Positions 52,501 to 64,000 of a stretch of 64,000 nucleotides of DNA are shown in pieces. Location of the stretch: the NCBI RefSeq assembly GCF_006345805.1, contig NC_042998.1, positions 110,422,001 to 110,486,000 on the forward strand, in the 5' to 3' direction. Both the position numbers and the translations under genes were made by a program. Positions within the stretch are counted from its first letter, which is position 1; every line of letters starts with the position of its first letter. The notes below the pieces were generated by a model. That model saw only the letters and a list, made by a program, of their open reading frames with translations. It had not been told where the DNA came from and did no database searches. The stretch is from Octopus sinensis. Lineage: Eukaryota.

Positions 52501-52852
52501 TACGATCTAATTGGAAATAATTTGGCTGGCTATTTCTAGTTGGTAAAGCTTAGCATCGTGGGGACGTAATATGGTATAATTCGCCTTTCAATTACGTAAT
52601 ATGTACTAAATTATGCAGTAAATTATTTAGTATATCAAAGAACTTTCTTCCGTCGCATAAATATGATTGTTTGTTCTCCTGTTAAGATTTCCTATTTAAC
52701 CCGTCCTAATCTAGATACCATTATAGCTGGCCTAAAGAAAAAAATACATAACTATGAGCCGGAGCATTGGTAATAATATCCGTAATAGCACTGCACCAAC
52801 TAATGATATCAACAATAATAATAATTGTCATAACACTACCAACTTAATTGAC

Positions 52853-53131
52853 TGGCACTCCGTCGCTTACAACGACCACGGTTCCAGTTGATCCGACCAA
52901 CGGAAAAGCTTGCTCGTGAGATTAACGTGCAATTGGCTGAGCACTCCACAAACACGCGTGCCCCTTCACATAGTTTGATGCAGATTCAGCGTGACAAAGC
53001 TGGCTCTTTGAAATATAGGTAGTACTCATTTTGGTTAGCTGAGTGCTCAAGGACACAAAACATGCCGCCGTGAATCGAACTCTGCAATCGTGACCCTACA
53101 ATCGTGAGCCGAATACCCTAACGATAAACCA
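52853..53131 (-). mobile_element. tRNA-derived SINE, family C-related, decayed
   Basis: Reverse-complement head GTTAGGGTATTCGGCTCACGATTG...GAGTTCGATTCAC (B-box), then GTGTCCTTGAGCACTCAGCTAACCAAAATGAGTAC. Confidence 0.65.
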
Positions 53132-53479
53132 ACTTAATTGACACTTATGCTAAACATACTAATATGCCTACTGAACAGATATTAGCAGTACTAATGATTC
53201 AGACAGAAGCCGACTTTCTCAATCTGTCACACTTTTCCACCCTCACCTTCCTTCCACTAGCCTGAATTGAAAGTAATAATGTCACCTCCTGCTATAGATA
53301 AGGTAAATGAACAAAAGCACTAATAGTAGTGCCGGAAGCCAATATATCACCAGTCTCCAACCCATCTATTACGGAATATACTGACATAATCCTTTATGAA
53401 CCTGATAATAATCGCCAGTCCTCCATTCAGCAAGTAATAGTAATGATGTGCCTTAATAACAGTCTCATTAACCCTAGTA

Positions 53480-53900
53480 GTAGTTACATGAACATTGATA
53501 ACTCTCAGACCCTCGAACTCATAGGATATAGTGTTACAGGAAGGCCGGCTCGTAATAACAAAAAAGGATATAAGTGTTTGGATGAAAAGCACATTCCGAT
53601 TTCCTGTCATTTTATGGCCAAAAATGTAGTTTACAGATATAATGTGGCCACTGCCACGAATACTTATGTAAATCTGAAGCAGCGCTTACGCAACCATTTA
53701 TCACCCTTCAAATTAAGACATAGGGCTGGCAGAACTTCTTTAGCCACGAAGATCTGGGAACTCAAAGATGTTGGCATTAGATTTTATTTGAAATGAGATA
53801 TAATTAGGGTCACAAAACCATACTCTAGCAGTAGATACAAATATAGACTATGCTGTGTGGAGGTGTACGAAATTTTAAAGCGAATAAACTGAAAATTTAA
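53480..53900 (+). mobile_element. Penelope-like element GIY-YIG endonuclease remnant
   Basis: KNVVYRYNV...TYVNLKQRLRNHLSPFK...TSLATKIWELKD...*DII...KPY...RLCCVE matches the PLE GIY-YIG pattern (VY...YIG...FK.R..NH...LS.YIW.LK...W.I...C.LC..E). Confidence 0.7.
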
Positions 53901-55187
53901 TTAATAACAAATTGGACCACAATTTTTCATGTATCCATAATATTTTAAAAGCAAATCATAACCTGTATTTAGTTTGTAGCTAATGGTAAAACAACCTTTT
54001 CTCATACAAAACCCTGAAGGCTCAATGATTTCCATGACTCGTCAATGGGTGTTCTCTGTTCTCAGTCTCTAGCTAATTCCATCCCTAATTACGCTTTATA
54101 CCCTGATAACATTATTTGTATAGTATATGATAAATGAAGGACAGAATCTTATAATTAGTCTTACCTAGTATTATCGATTTGCGATATCTGATCGTATCTA
54201 AACTATAAAATTGTAGCCTATATATTCCAGCGAGATTTCCCTCTTTCAACTAAGTTCTATCCGGATGTAACCGTTACACCGAGTAACTATGATTTGTGTA
54301 GCACATGATAAAGAAGCAACATATAATCTGAACCAATTTACCAATGACTATTGTGCTCGTGGTATATACAACTGCTTTTAACGTACATAATAGCTATGTA
54401 CACATTTACGTTAACTAATAACATTTGCGGCAACCATTAAACAAACTAAAAAGTTAACTAATAGAGAACTAGATACCTCGTAGCTTACTACAATATGTCA
54501 TCTGGTACTCTGTCTTTGTTCTGTTATTAGGTGATATACTTTCCGTATTTTCTATTATTCGATCTCTAATAATACTACCCGTTTTCTTCCGTACACAATA
54601 CATATAAATTTAATAAGAACAATTCCATTTCAAGTACATATCGCTTCTTCTCACAAACATATTTGTATATCACCTATATTGCATTTGTATTTATATTTAA
54701 CCTCCTAGCTTATATTCATTTCCAGGAAAAAAACATTTGCACAAGATACTACCATTCTACAATTATTAGACCTAATCATCTAAGTTCAAATCACCCTCCC
54801 TCCATAACCACCATCTTCTGGTCTACCCTAAATTCTGAACGATATCTCTCCCCGGGTCTCTTCGAAATTAATCTTTAACAAGGATATGTTTCCCCCATAT
54901 CTGTACTTAATTGCTTCTATTTCCTTTGTCTCGACTTCACATCTAGCTATTCATCTATATAACCCTAGGGTGATAAAACGAATAACAGTAAAACATTAAA
55001 AAAAACATATATTTTTACCTACACTTCATCTATAGTTGTTCATAATGAACCACTAAATTGTCTTCAACTTACATCCTCACCGACCACTAGCAAGGTTGGT
55101 AGCCATAAATCTCATCTCACCCCGCTCACTTACTAAATTCCTAATACAATTCCACCTCTTTAATGATTCTTCTCTTTTCCGTTCACG

Positions 55188-55417
55188 GCCAGCTTCGGCT
55201 GGCATAAGGATGCGTTCCCATCGCACATAGAGTGTTCTTCCATTGTTTTGAAATTATATGGATCATCTGAAGAATACGGTTTTTTAACTATGATGTAATG
55301 TACTCACTCACTCATCAAATAACAAAAATGCGTAAGAAACAGTTGTAATGAATTGACATTTATCCATCATCTGTTATTTTTTCTATGCATATACATACAC
55401 ACACGCACGCTCACACA

Positions 55418-55448
<31 letters not shown>

Positions 55449-55921
55449 GATTGATTGATTGATTGATTGATTGATTCTAGTTTCAGCTCACGAGGTGTGG
55501 CCATGCAGGGGCACCGCCATTTGGTGTTGCTACATGGTTTTACTTCACGAATGCTTTTTAGCAACTGCCATTTGGTGCATGAGAGAGTTCGATGCAGCTG
55601 CCCTCATCTGCACCTCCTGCCGTGAAGTTGGTTCATCTGGGATACCTGACAAGAAGAGATCCAGTTTCATTTTAAAGACATCTGCATCCACCCCATGCAG
55701 GTCTCTTAGGTTCTTCGGGAGGATATTGAAGAGATGTGGGCATCGGAAGCCCAGGCTATATATATACATAGGAAAAATAACAGCTGATGGATAAATGTCA
55801 GTTCAATACAACTGTTTCTGACGCATTTTTGTTAGTTGATGAGTGAGTACATTACATCATAGCTAAAAAACCGTATTCTTCAGATGGCGCGATGGGAACG
55901 CGTCTTTATGCCAGCCGAAGC
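55188..55921. repeat. Inverted repeat arms (about 55192-55390 and 55765-55921) flanking a CR1-like fragment
   Basis: GCTTCGGCTGGCATAA..CATCTGAAGAATACGGTTTTTTA..GACATTTATCCATCA on the left is the reverse complement of the right arm. The right arm lacks about 40 bp. Confidence 0.88.
55448..55757 (-). mobile_element. CR1/L2-group LINE 3' end with (AATC)n tail
   Basis: ORF 55545-55769 gives GFRCPHLFNILPKNLRDLHGVDADVFKMKLDLFLSGIPDEP...NSLMHQ, followed by a short 3' UTR and (AATC)n. Confidence 0.8.
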
Positions 55922-57019
55922 GATATATATATACATATATATATATATACATATATATATACATATTTGAAGAGATATACAGGTGTCATGTAACTGGAGC
56001 TATTTTATTGGATTAATTACAATGGAGTTTGTTTCCTGTGTTTAGAAATGTGCGTTTATATCAGATTGCTTGTGGCTGCTTTATTATTTATATTTATGTA
56101 AATACTTTAGATAACGAGAGTTCTACCATTGAATACATATAAATTATTCATTCATAATTATGATATAATCGGATTAATCATAACTTTGTGTTTTTTTTAC
56201 TTATATGCCTATGGACAAAATTCGTTTGCTATAAGAATACGGTTGTTAAATTTATTTTTAAGTTTAATTCCTTGTTTTGACTGTATTTAAAGTATAGTTT
56301 TAATTCTCCTATTTAATTACGGCATATTTTCATGTGTATGTGTGTGTATGTGTGTGTGTTATGTAGTCTATATTTTCCTCATTGGTGTCGTAAATATATG
56401 CCTAATGTCAACTGGTATTACATGGTAGAATCGTTTCGTATGATTCTTTTGCGATAATGAGTTAATTTCTTTTATTTCTTTCAAATGCTGACATAAACAT
56501 TGTAAATATAACAAAACTGTACCAATATATATAATCAGAGGCATGATCAAAAGTAATTACTATAGCATTTAAGTTCTGTCTACAATCATCATGAAAGCCG
56601 CATATGCCGAAAATATTGGGTTGTCAGATAAATTCGCTTCTCTAACTGGCATCATCATCACTATCATATATCTGAAAAGAGGTAACAATTATTCAAATTT
56701 TAAAATGATAAACAAATTTATAGGTAAACAAAATGAAGTATAGAAAAAAAAACAAAAAACACTAATATACAAAGTATTTACGTGCTGTTTCACGTAGCAT
56801 TGGACATTATTACAATGAATGGAAAAGAAGGAAAGAATCAATAGAATGACTTTTGTTGTGCATTTTCATTGCAATAACGCTGCATATAAACCATGTAATT
56901 CTGAGCGTCATAAAAACTTACATCTCTTCAGAAGGGCATATCTTTTAGTGCTAGCGCCCAAATAAAGCAAAACTAAAAAAAAAAATACAAAGGGGCAATG
57001 AGAGCTGCATTACTGAGTT

Positions 57020-57790
57020 CATCATCCTCATGATCCCTTAACTGCTGCAGTCAGTCATTGGCGTGTCACTCTAAAAGCTTTCGTAGTCAGCCATCGCCAC
57101 TGGTTTCTGCCATCTGTCATGTGTTGTAACCTGTCCAGCGCTTCATATTTTCAAACTAGGATTTTCTCTGCATACCTGGCTTTCGGTCTCTCTCAGCTGT
57201 GTCCTGAAGAATGGTTTTGGACGGGAGTTGTGACGGGATAACTGATTGCAGCAGGTAAGCTTTCGTCCTTTTACCTCCGCAAAGGATATTACCTGTAAGC
57301 GTATTTGTTGACTTGCTTCCTGTTCAGTTTGTGCTCTCAGTACGAGATGTCTAGCAACCTTCTGAAGCACTTATGTTCAAATGCCTACAGTCTTTGCTCC
57401 ATGTCAGCTGTGAGAACCCAGCCCTTACATCCATACAGACGGATCGAGGTCACCAAGAACTTGCACACTAAGTTTTCTTGGAAAACTAATGAAATTGTTT
57501 TTCCATATGGTGTGTTCATCTTCGTGATGGCAACAGAGGCTAAATTAAGTTTTATTGTTACCTTGAGGTATGCCGTCCTCTGACAGAGTGGATTCTAGAT
57601 ACTTTCATGTATTCCCTTCATCAAGTTTCCCTCCGTTTTGCATCATGTTGGTTACTGTGGTTTGGTTGTTACTATGAACCAGTTTGTTGCTCTTTTCTGG
57701 ACAGATATCCATCCTCTTTGCTCTTGATACTTTTTCCAGTGTGGTGGTGAACTTCTCTGTTCTGCTTCGTAACTGGAGAATATTATCAGA
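57020..57790 (-). mobile_element. RTE-clade LINE 3' fragment, decayed
   Basis: KYLESTLSEDG, LVTSIRLYGCKGWVLTA, AFEHKCFRRLLDISY and VKGRKLTC...SRHNSRPK; ends in GATGATGA. Confidence 0.75.
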
Positions 57791-58039
57791 AAAGCGGCGT
57801 TTGAAAATGGGTCGTCTTCCAATGGAAACAGTTGTGTGGAGGTCTTAAAGTGTCTCCTGCAAGATGTTTTCCAAGAAGATGATGAAAAGCACCGGAAGAG
57901 GAAACATCCTTATCGAATCCCCGCTGTTGTCCTGAAAAATTATCCGATGCTGATGTTCAGGAGAAGGGAAACTGCACTGCTTGAATTTTCATAGAGAGCT
58001 TGGATGAATTCGATTTGCTCCTTACTTTTGGTCATTCTC

Positions 58040-58300
58040 CGCCACAACCTAATGACTCATGAAGACAACAAGATCAGAGATATTGCCATGTTCGAGGATG
58101 AACGATTAGATGATAGAGAACTGGAAAAGATCGAGAAATACAAACCACTACAAGATGAGGTTACACAAATGTGGTCAATGAAGAAAATAACTGCCGTAGG
58201 GGTTTTAATGGGGCCCAGAAGGATTTTGAGGCTGGTACTTGGAATTAAGTATCGTGGAAGAAGGCTATGTGAAACCCTTGACAACAGGTGGTTTATTTGT
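58040..58300 (+). mobile_element. Restriction-like endonuclease fragment of an R4/Dong-like LINE
   Basis: IRDIAMFEDERLDDRELEKIEKYKPLQDEVTQMWSMKKI parallels LIDVSIPADDNVSLKEMEKLSKYKDLEIEVTRMWNLK in the 47-kb element. Confidence 0.7.
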
Positions 58301-59499
58301 CTTACAGAATTAGCCGGAGGAAGTGAAATGCACATCAATGACAATTCTAATTATAATTGTTTCTTATTTTAACAGAAAGAAGTAAAAACACATTGGTACA
58401 AACCAGAAAAAACAGAGGAATTTGTACGGGACAGCAAATTTATAACAAAAGCTATGAGGAAAAACGTTTTAAATAAATAGTACTCCCACCCCAAATCGGG
58501 TGACTAAAGTGTTTGTGGGGAAAACCCACAAATCGGCGGTCATCTTCAACACTAGGACAAGTGGACCGTCCTCATCCTCTTGTCTCAATCTCCTGACTCG
58601 TGCCCAGAACAGGATTATCGCATTCAGACCAATTTGCTACTCCACACACCTTTCAAAAAGTTTTCTAGAAAGCACTTCCCACTCCGTTCTTATTTTCCTT
58701 TGCTAATGAAGGCTTGACTAAATAGGAAGACCTCTCAGTTCTTCCCTTTCAGCCTTGTGTACCACACCACATGTTTCGCTAAGAATACTATGCAGATATA
58801 CAGCACCCGTCCTCTTGACGAAAGGTAGGCGGTGGGAGTATCTTCACGATAGTTTGGGCAGATAGAAAATCTGCCCAAAGTATCTGCTCTGGCACAGAAC
58901 AAATATGCACAGAGAATGTTGGTTGCTCTGCGTTGATTTTGGGCAAGCCTTGTTGATGGCATTCCCTGATTAAGTGATGGTGGTGGTGCCGGTGAAGTTA
59001 GAATTTTCAGGTGCCCTGAATTAACAATTTGGTTCTTCTTTTTTCTGTTTTCGATGCTCAATTTTGTTTGTTTTGTTTCATTCAGAACTGTTTGTGACAG
59101 CGGTTTCTGAATTAGTGATGCTTTCACATGTTTTTTTTTCTCTTTGTATTTGTGTTGCTTTCGTCGGCGTTGATGTTGAGTTTTCAGTTGTTGTTTGAAC
59201 ATTCTCAATTAAAAGGTAGCAATCGGAAATTAGTAATGTTTTGGCTGATGGACCAGCTAATTGCCCCTAGATTTGCTAAGTCATATTCTTAATATTCAAC
59301 TTAGCTATTAAAAAAGCTTCATAATGCAACATGAAAGTGATTACAATTTCTCAAAGCCAAATAGTATTATCACATGGTGCTTAGATCCTTAATGAAATGG
59401 TACAAAGCAACATGCAATAGAAACTTATGAGCTTTCAAAGAATGTGTTTTACTTGCAAGCAAAACAATACTAAAAGGCGTGTAAGAAGACAAAGAAGTA

Positions 59500-59571
59500 G
59501 AACGAAGAAGAAGAGGTGGAAGATGAGGATGAGAAAGTAAAGAAGACAACGACGGCGACGATGAAGAAGAA

Positions 59572-59657
<86 letters not shown>

Positions 59658-59685
59658 GAAGAAGAAGAAGAAGAAGAAGAAGAAA
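59500..59685. repeat. Compound (GAA)n-(AAT)n-(AAG)n microsatellite
   Basis: Directly visible. Confidence 0.92.
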
Positions 59686-60120
59686 TTATCAGCGCAATTC
59701 GAATTTTGCAAAGCTATTGTTATGAGGTATGATATTTCATTGCCAATAAATTGCGTAAAGACATCGAAATTTGAGCGACATTGGAAATGTACTAGTTTAT
59801 AACATTATTCAAGATAACGCCCAGTTTTGCTAATGATGATTAAAAATGATAATAATATATGCGTGAATTGTGATAAACGTTAGATGATTAAGTTAAGAAA
59901 ATCGGATATAGTAAATGTGAATCCATGTGAATCTATGTAATCGTAGAGCCTAATGTTTAATCCGGTCAAGCTGCAACTTAATATCTAAACATGGGATTAC
60001 TTGTTTAAATTAATAACTGTTCTGTATGCATTTCTCAGTAGAATCACCTGTACAATTTCACTTGCGTTATATAATGCAGTCGAAATAGTTTGCTATGTAT
60101 GTTATGCACACACACACGCT

Positions 60121-60155
<35 letters not shown>

Positions 60156-62041
60156 TATAAATTATTATTTGAGGGAATAAAATCCAAACTTACAAGGAAA
60201 AAGAATTCAATATGTAATTTTCTAGATGGTGTAATTTAATTATTCATTTTGAATTGATAAAAGGTGTTTTTTTCCTAATATCTATATATATATATGCACA
60301 CAAAATACTCTTTGATTATCTCTGTCGAATAATATTTGACAGTCTCTGTCGAGTAATATTTTCCAGAAAGAATTTAATATAATATATCCGTAAGGAAACA
60401 ACTTAATATTCTTAAATTTTTATCCTTACGTATTCCATATAAATGCATCTGGAAGTGGCGTATTAATTGCACGTAGGTTTAAAACGTTCATCAGTTATCA
60501 TCGAAAGCAAATATTAATAATTTGTCATATAAATATCATTAGCAGTGCACGTTAGGAACGAAAGAATTAGAATAAAACTTTCCATATATTTTTTCAGAAT
60601 AATATATTAATAACGTAAAAAATATAATGCTCTACCTGTACATTATTCTTCCATTTATGTTTTTTTTATTAAAATTGAAATAAAACCACAAAAACCAAAT
60701 TAGTTTTTAAGAGAATATTCAATCGAAGTGATGTTACTAATTCTAGGGAGACTTAAATGCTATTTTCGATAGCAAATTTGACATCTCCACTCCCAAAAGA
60801 TAAAAGATTGTCAATTGAAAATATATATTATTCGATCTTTCTTTCCCATCGGCAATAATTCTGATATATTCATTATTTTCTCGGCGACAGTTTTACTTGT
60901 TACGAGAGTGAATGCTGCTGCTGTTAATGCTATTGTTCCAACTGCTACTGTTTTATTGCTGCTGTTAAAGTTGTTGCTGCCACTACAACATCTGCTGTTA
61001 TTGCACATAATATTACAGCTACAGACTCAATTAAGAAAGGACACAACAGGCTTTCTACATTTGATATTTAGTCTTGCCTTGCTTACAACCTTCAGATTAT
61101 TCTTTAAAACTCTCTGTCCATTATACTATGCCTTCCTTCTTTGAATCGTTTCAAAATTCTACAACAAAGGCGACTCAGAGCAATAAATGTTAAACTATTG
61201 GCATGCATTTTACTGATATTATATAAAAGAGCAATGCGTAGGGCCCCAATGGATTTTAAGATTACAACTATTGTTGTAAGAGTTATTTTCTTTTCTGAAA
61301 ATATTTTATATTCTAACATTGATAAAATATTGACTAATACTCCATAGCGGGGAAATGCTTTTTTATTTCCATTTCAAATCAATTTCTTTCACAAATCTTT
61401 GAACTTTTGCTTCTCCTTTATATTGATTTAGAGTGTGAGCTGCCAATCAAATATATTTATTGCTTGACTGATTTACAGTACTGAATTTCAGAAAATAAAC
61501 AATGGTCAATGTGACTTATAACTTTATAACTCAATGTGGACTTTTTGTTTGCATCGTATAAAATGCCAAGTTAAAGCTACATTCTATATTTTTATCTTCT
61601 ACTTTATCTTCTACATTTTCGTACTTACAGTCTGAATTATCAAGTAGTCTGTCGACCAATATATTTCAGAGTGCAGAAAGAATATAAAGCTGAGGGAAGG
61701 AAGGAGCATTTTTTTAAAGAATATAATCCCTTGCACTAGAGATTGGTATAATTATTTATATAAGCTTCATGCCTTTAAAAGCTATAACGTCCGCATGATG
61801 TAGGAAATTCGGAAATATTTTACCACTCATTTCTAAAATGCTATATTTTTTGAGTAGTTATGGCAACACATACTTTTGGTTCGAAGACACAAGCCCCTTT
61901 TTATTTTAATCGACATTTTAGTCTGTCTAAGAACCTAAACATGCAATAAATTTTATATTCCCCGTCTACACCTTTATATCAGCTATTTACAAACGGTACG
62001 CTACTTTTAGCAATATCTCCAATAATAATTTAGTTGAACTA

Positions 62042-62440
62042 AGGCGGCGAGCTGGCAGAAACGTTAGCACGCCGGGCGAAATGTTTAGCGCTATTTCGTC
62101 TGCCGTTACGTTCTGAGTTCAAAGTCCGATGTCGACTTTGCCTTTCATCCTTTCGGGGTCGATTAAATAAGTACCAGTTACGCACTGGGGTCGATACAAT
62201 CGACTTAATCCGTTTGTCTGACCTTGTTTATCCTCTCTGTGTTTAGCCCCTTGTGGGTAGTAAAGAAATAGGTATTTCGTCTGCCGCTACGTTCTGAGTT
62301 CAAATTCCGCCGAGATCGACTTTGCCTTTCATCCTTTCGAGGTAGATAAATTAAGTACCGATTGCGTACTGATGTCGATCTAATCGACCGTCCTCCTCCC
62401 CAAAATTTCAGGCATTGTGCCTATAGTGGAAAGGATTATT
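62042..62440 (+). mobile_element. Composite (dimeric) family A SINE
   Basis: A full monomer at about 62042-62270 is followed by a second unit starting TATTTCGTCTGCCGCTACGTTCTGAGTTCAAATTCC (no A-box) with a different tail. Confidence 0.88.
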
Positions 62441-62477
62441 TACATTATATTTTTAAAGTTGAAACTTAAACCCTTAC

Positions 62478-63830
62478 GATGCCGTTCACTATCAAAAGTT
62501 GCAGAAGTTGTGGTAAGTTTATTTATAAGGAAGAAAGAAAATATGGAGGTAAGGTCTATTGGAAGTGTGCTGATACAAAGTGTAAAGCAAACGTTCATTT
62601 AAAACGAATAGTGAAGTGGTTTCTATTTGTAAAATTATAAGTGAGCATACATATCCATCGAATCCTTGCCAACCAAAAGATGCAAGAAGTAATAGCAAAT
62701 GTGAAAGAAAATGCACTTAAATTTCTGTTAGCTTCAAGATCTTTGATTGGTGCCGCATACAGGGAATTAGAAGAAGAATGCTCTTTTATGCTATCACCTT
62801 CAAGTTTATCAAGAGACATTAGATGGAGAAAGAAGCTCCCTCCTATACCTCGATCAAGAATCGGCTAAGTAATCCCCGAAGAATTTATGCGCCTACAGAA
62901 AAGAGATAGATTTTAAATCTACGATCGTGGGGTGCAAAACGAAAACAGAATGTTGATTTTTGGTACAACTGCAAGATTGCACGAACTAGAAATACATAAC
63001 AATTGGGAATGTGATGGAACATTTAAGGTTTGTTTTTAAATTTATTATCAGTTATATACTCTAGATGTCAACATAGGATATGCATGCATCCCACGAATTT
63101 AAGGTATCCTTCCGAATAAGACGCTTGACACATACAGTAGAGTTTTTCAAAAGACAGATTTGCTCGAGCCCCTAAAACCTGAAAATTTAACGATTGATTT
63201 TGAACAAGCTAGTTTTCTAAATTTTTCTGACAGTTTCCCATCTGCAAATGTAATAAGCTGTTTTATTCATTTCTGTGAACATTTTTACAGAAATGTGACA
63301 GATATTGGGCTTAAGTACTAAACTGATTGTGATTTTAACTTTTAACACAAAAGTAAAATGCCTTATGGCACTTGCATTCATCTCGCCTCGAGACACCTAT
63401 AGAGCTTGTGAATGACCATGACTTGCCACAAGAACTTGTGTCATATGTGGAAACGCATTACATTGGTGGGTAGAGAGCAGGGGATCTCGTAGACGTAAAA
63501 TTCTTTCTACTTTTCCTATCGGTCTTTGGAATATGTATGAAAAAGCCGTAAATCAGCTGGCTAACACCAACAATGGAGTAGAGGGTTTCCGTAATGCGCT
63601 GCAAGCATCTGTTACAAATATTCATCCAAATTTATGGAAACATAAATGAGATATGAGAAATTTCTTTCTTAAAAGAAGGTAAACCGTGTAGCAAGAGGAT
63701 AAACTGCAACCAAGAAAAATTACAAACATGTTTATAAGCGCATACTAAGTATTGTCAGAGGTCACGATCAAAATCAAAAACAACATTGTTTGCGTGCAAA
63801 TGATTTTTAGCTTTTTAGTTTTTTAGCCTA
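62478..63830 (+). mobile_element. Mutator-like (FLYWCH + MULE DDE) transposase pseudogene
   Basis: KVYWKCADTKCKANVH...HIH (FLYWCH), WECDGTFK, YQLYTL, ILPNKT..TY, LTIDFEQA, SCFIHF and TNNGVEG, with multiple stops and frameshifts. Confidence 0.85.
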
Positions 63831-63944
63831 GCTTTTAAATAAAGTCTGTGGCCTTCACACTTTTTAAATCAAATGTATGACCTTCATTATTTTTATTTTT
63901 AATTTTTTATCCTTCTCTTTTTATGCTTTGCTACAAAATATCAT

Positions 63945-64000
63945 TGCGGCAAAATATCCGTACGGTGAATAGTCTTACGGCGCATAGTCCTATGGCGAAT
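63945..64000. repeat. ~15-bp tandem subterminal-type repeats, probably the MULE right terminus, cut by the window edge
   Basis: CGGCAAAATATCCGTA / CGGTGAATAGTCTTA / CGGCGCATAGTCCTA / TGGCGAAT. Confidence 0.55.

Noticed and set aside
58480-59208. 157-aa basic ORF and a possible GH..GDC zinc knuckle on the minus strand (L1/Tx1 ORF1-like)
   Set aside because: Too degraded; the cysteines are not in frame, so it is left unannotated.
62042-62130. tRNA-like heads with A and B boxes
   Set aside because: These are SINE heads: no complete cloverleaf or acceptor stem, and they continue into repeat bodies.

Overview
AT-rich, microsatellite-dense eukaryotic intergenic or intronic DNA with no host gene that I can recognise. 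The SINE families and the very long (TA)n/(CA)n/(AAT)n tracts suggest an octopod cephalopod; that assignment is my recognition, not a database result. The window is mostly decayed transposable elements. LINEs: R4/Dong-like elements with a restriction-like endonuclease (one 2.85-kb 5'-truncated copy in an (AAT)n tract plus fragments), several RTE-clade copies and a CR1-like 3' end. DNA elements: Tc1/mariner (D,D34D mariner and DD37D maT), a pogo/Tigger remnant, a FLYWCH-MULE transposase remnant and non-autonomous Helitrons. There are also Penelope-like element (PLE) remnants and at least three tRNA-derived SINE families. The most interesting signals are: (i) several minimal type-I hammerhead ribozyme motifs with palindromic helix III in PLE-like repeats; (ii) three long fold-back structures, one with a pre-miRNA-like central hairpin; (iii) a 3' tail shared between a CORE-like SINE and the CR1-like LINE; (iv) tandem Dong insertion into TAA repeats with a stuttered 5' junction; (v) a perfect-identity tract inside a diverged local duplication; (vi) one unexplained 190-codon ORF. 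I found no CRISPR array, rRNA or genuine tRNA gene. Most ORFs in the supplied track are microsatellite or antisense artefacts. Boundaries of decayed elements are approximate.
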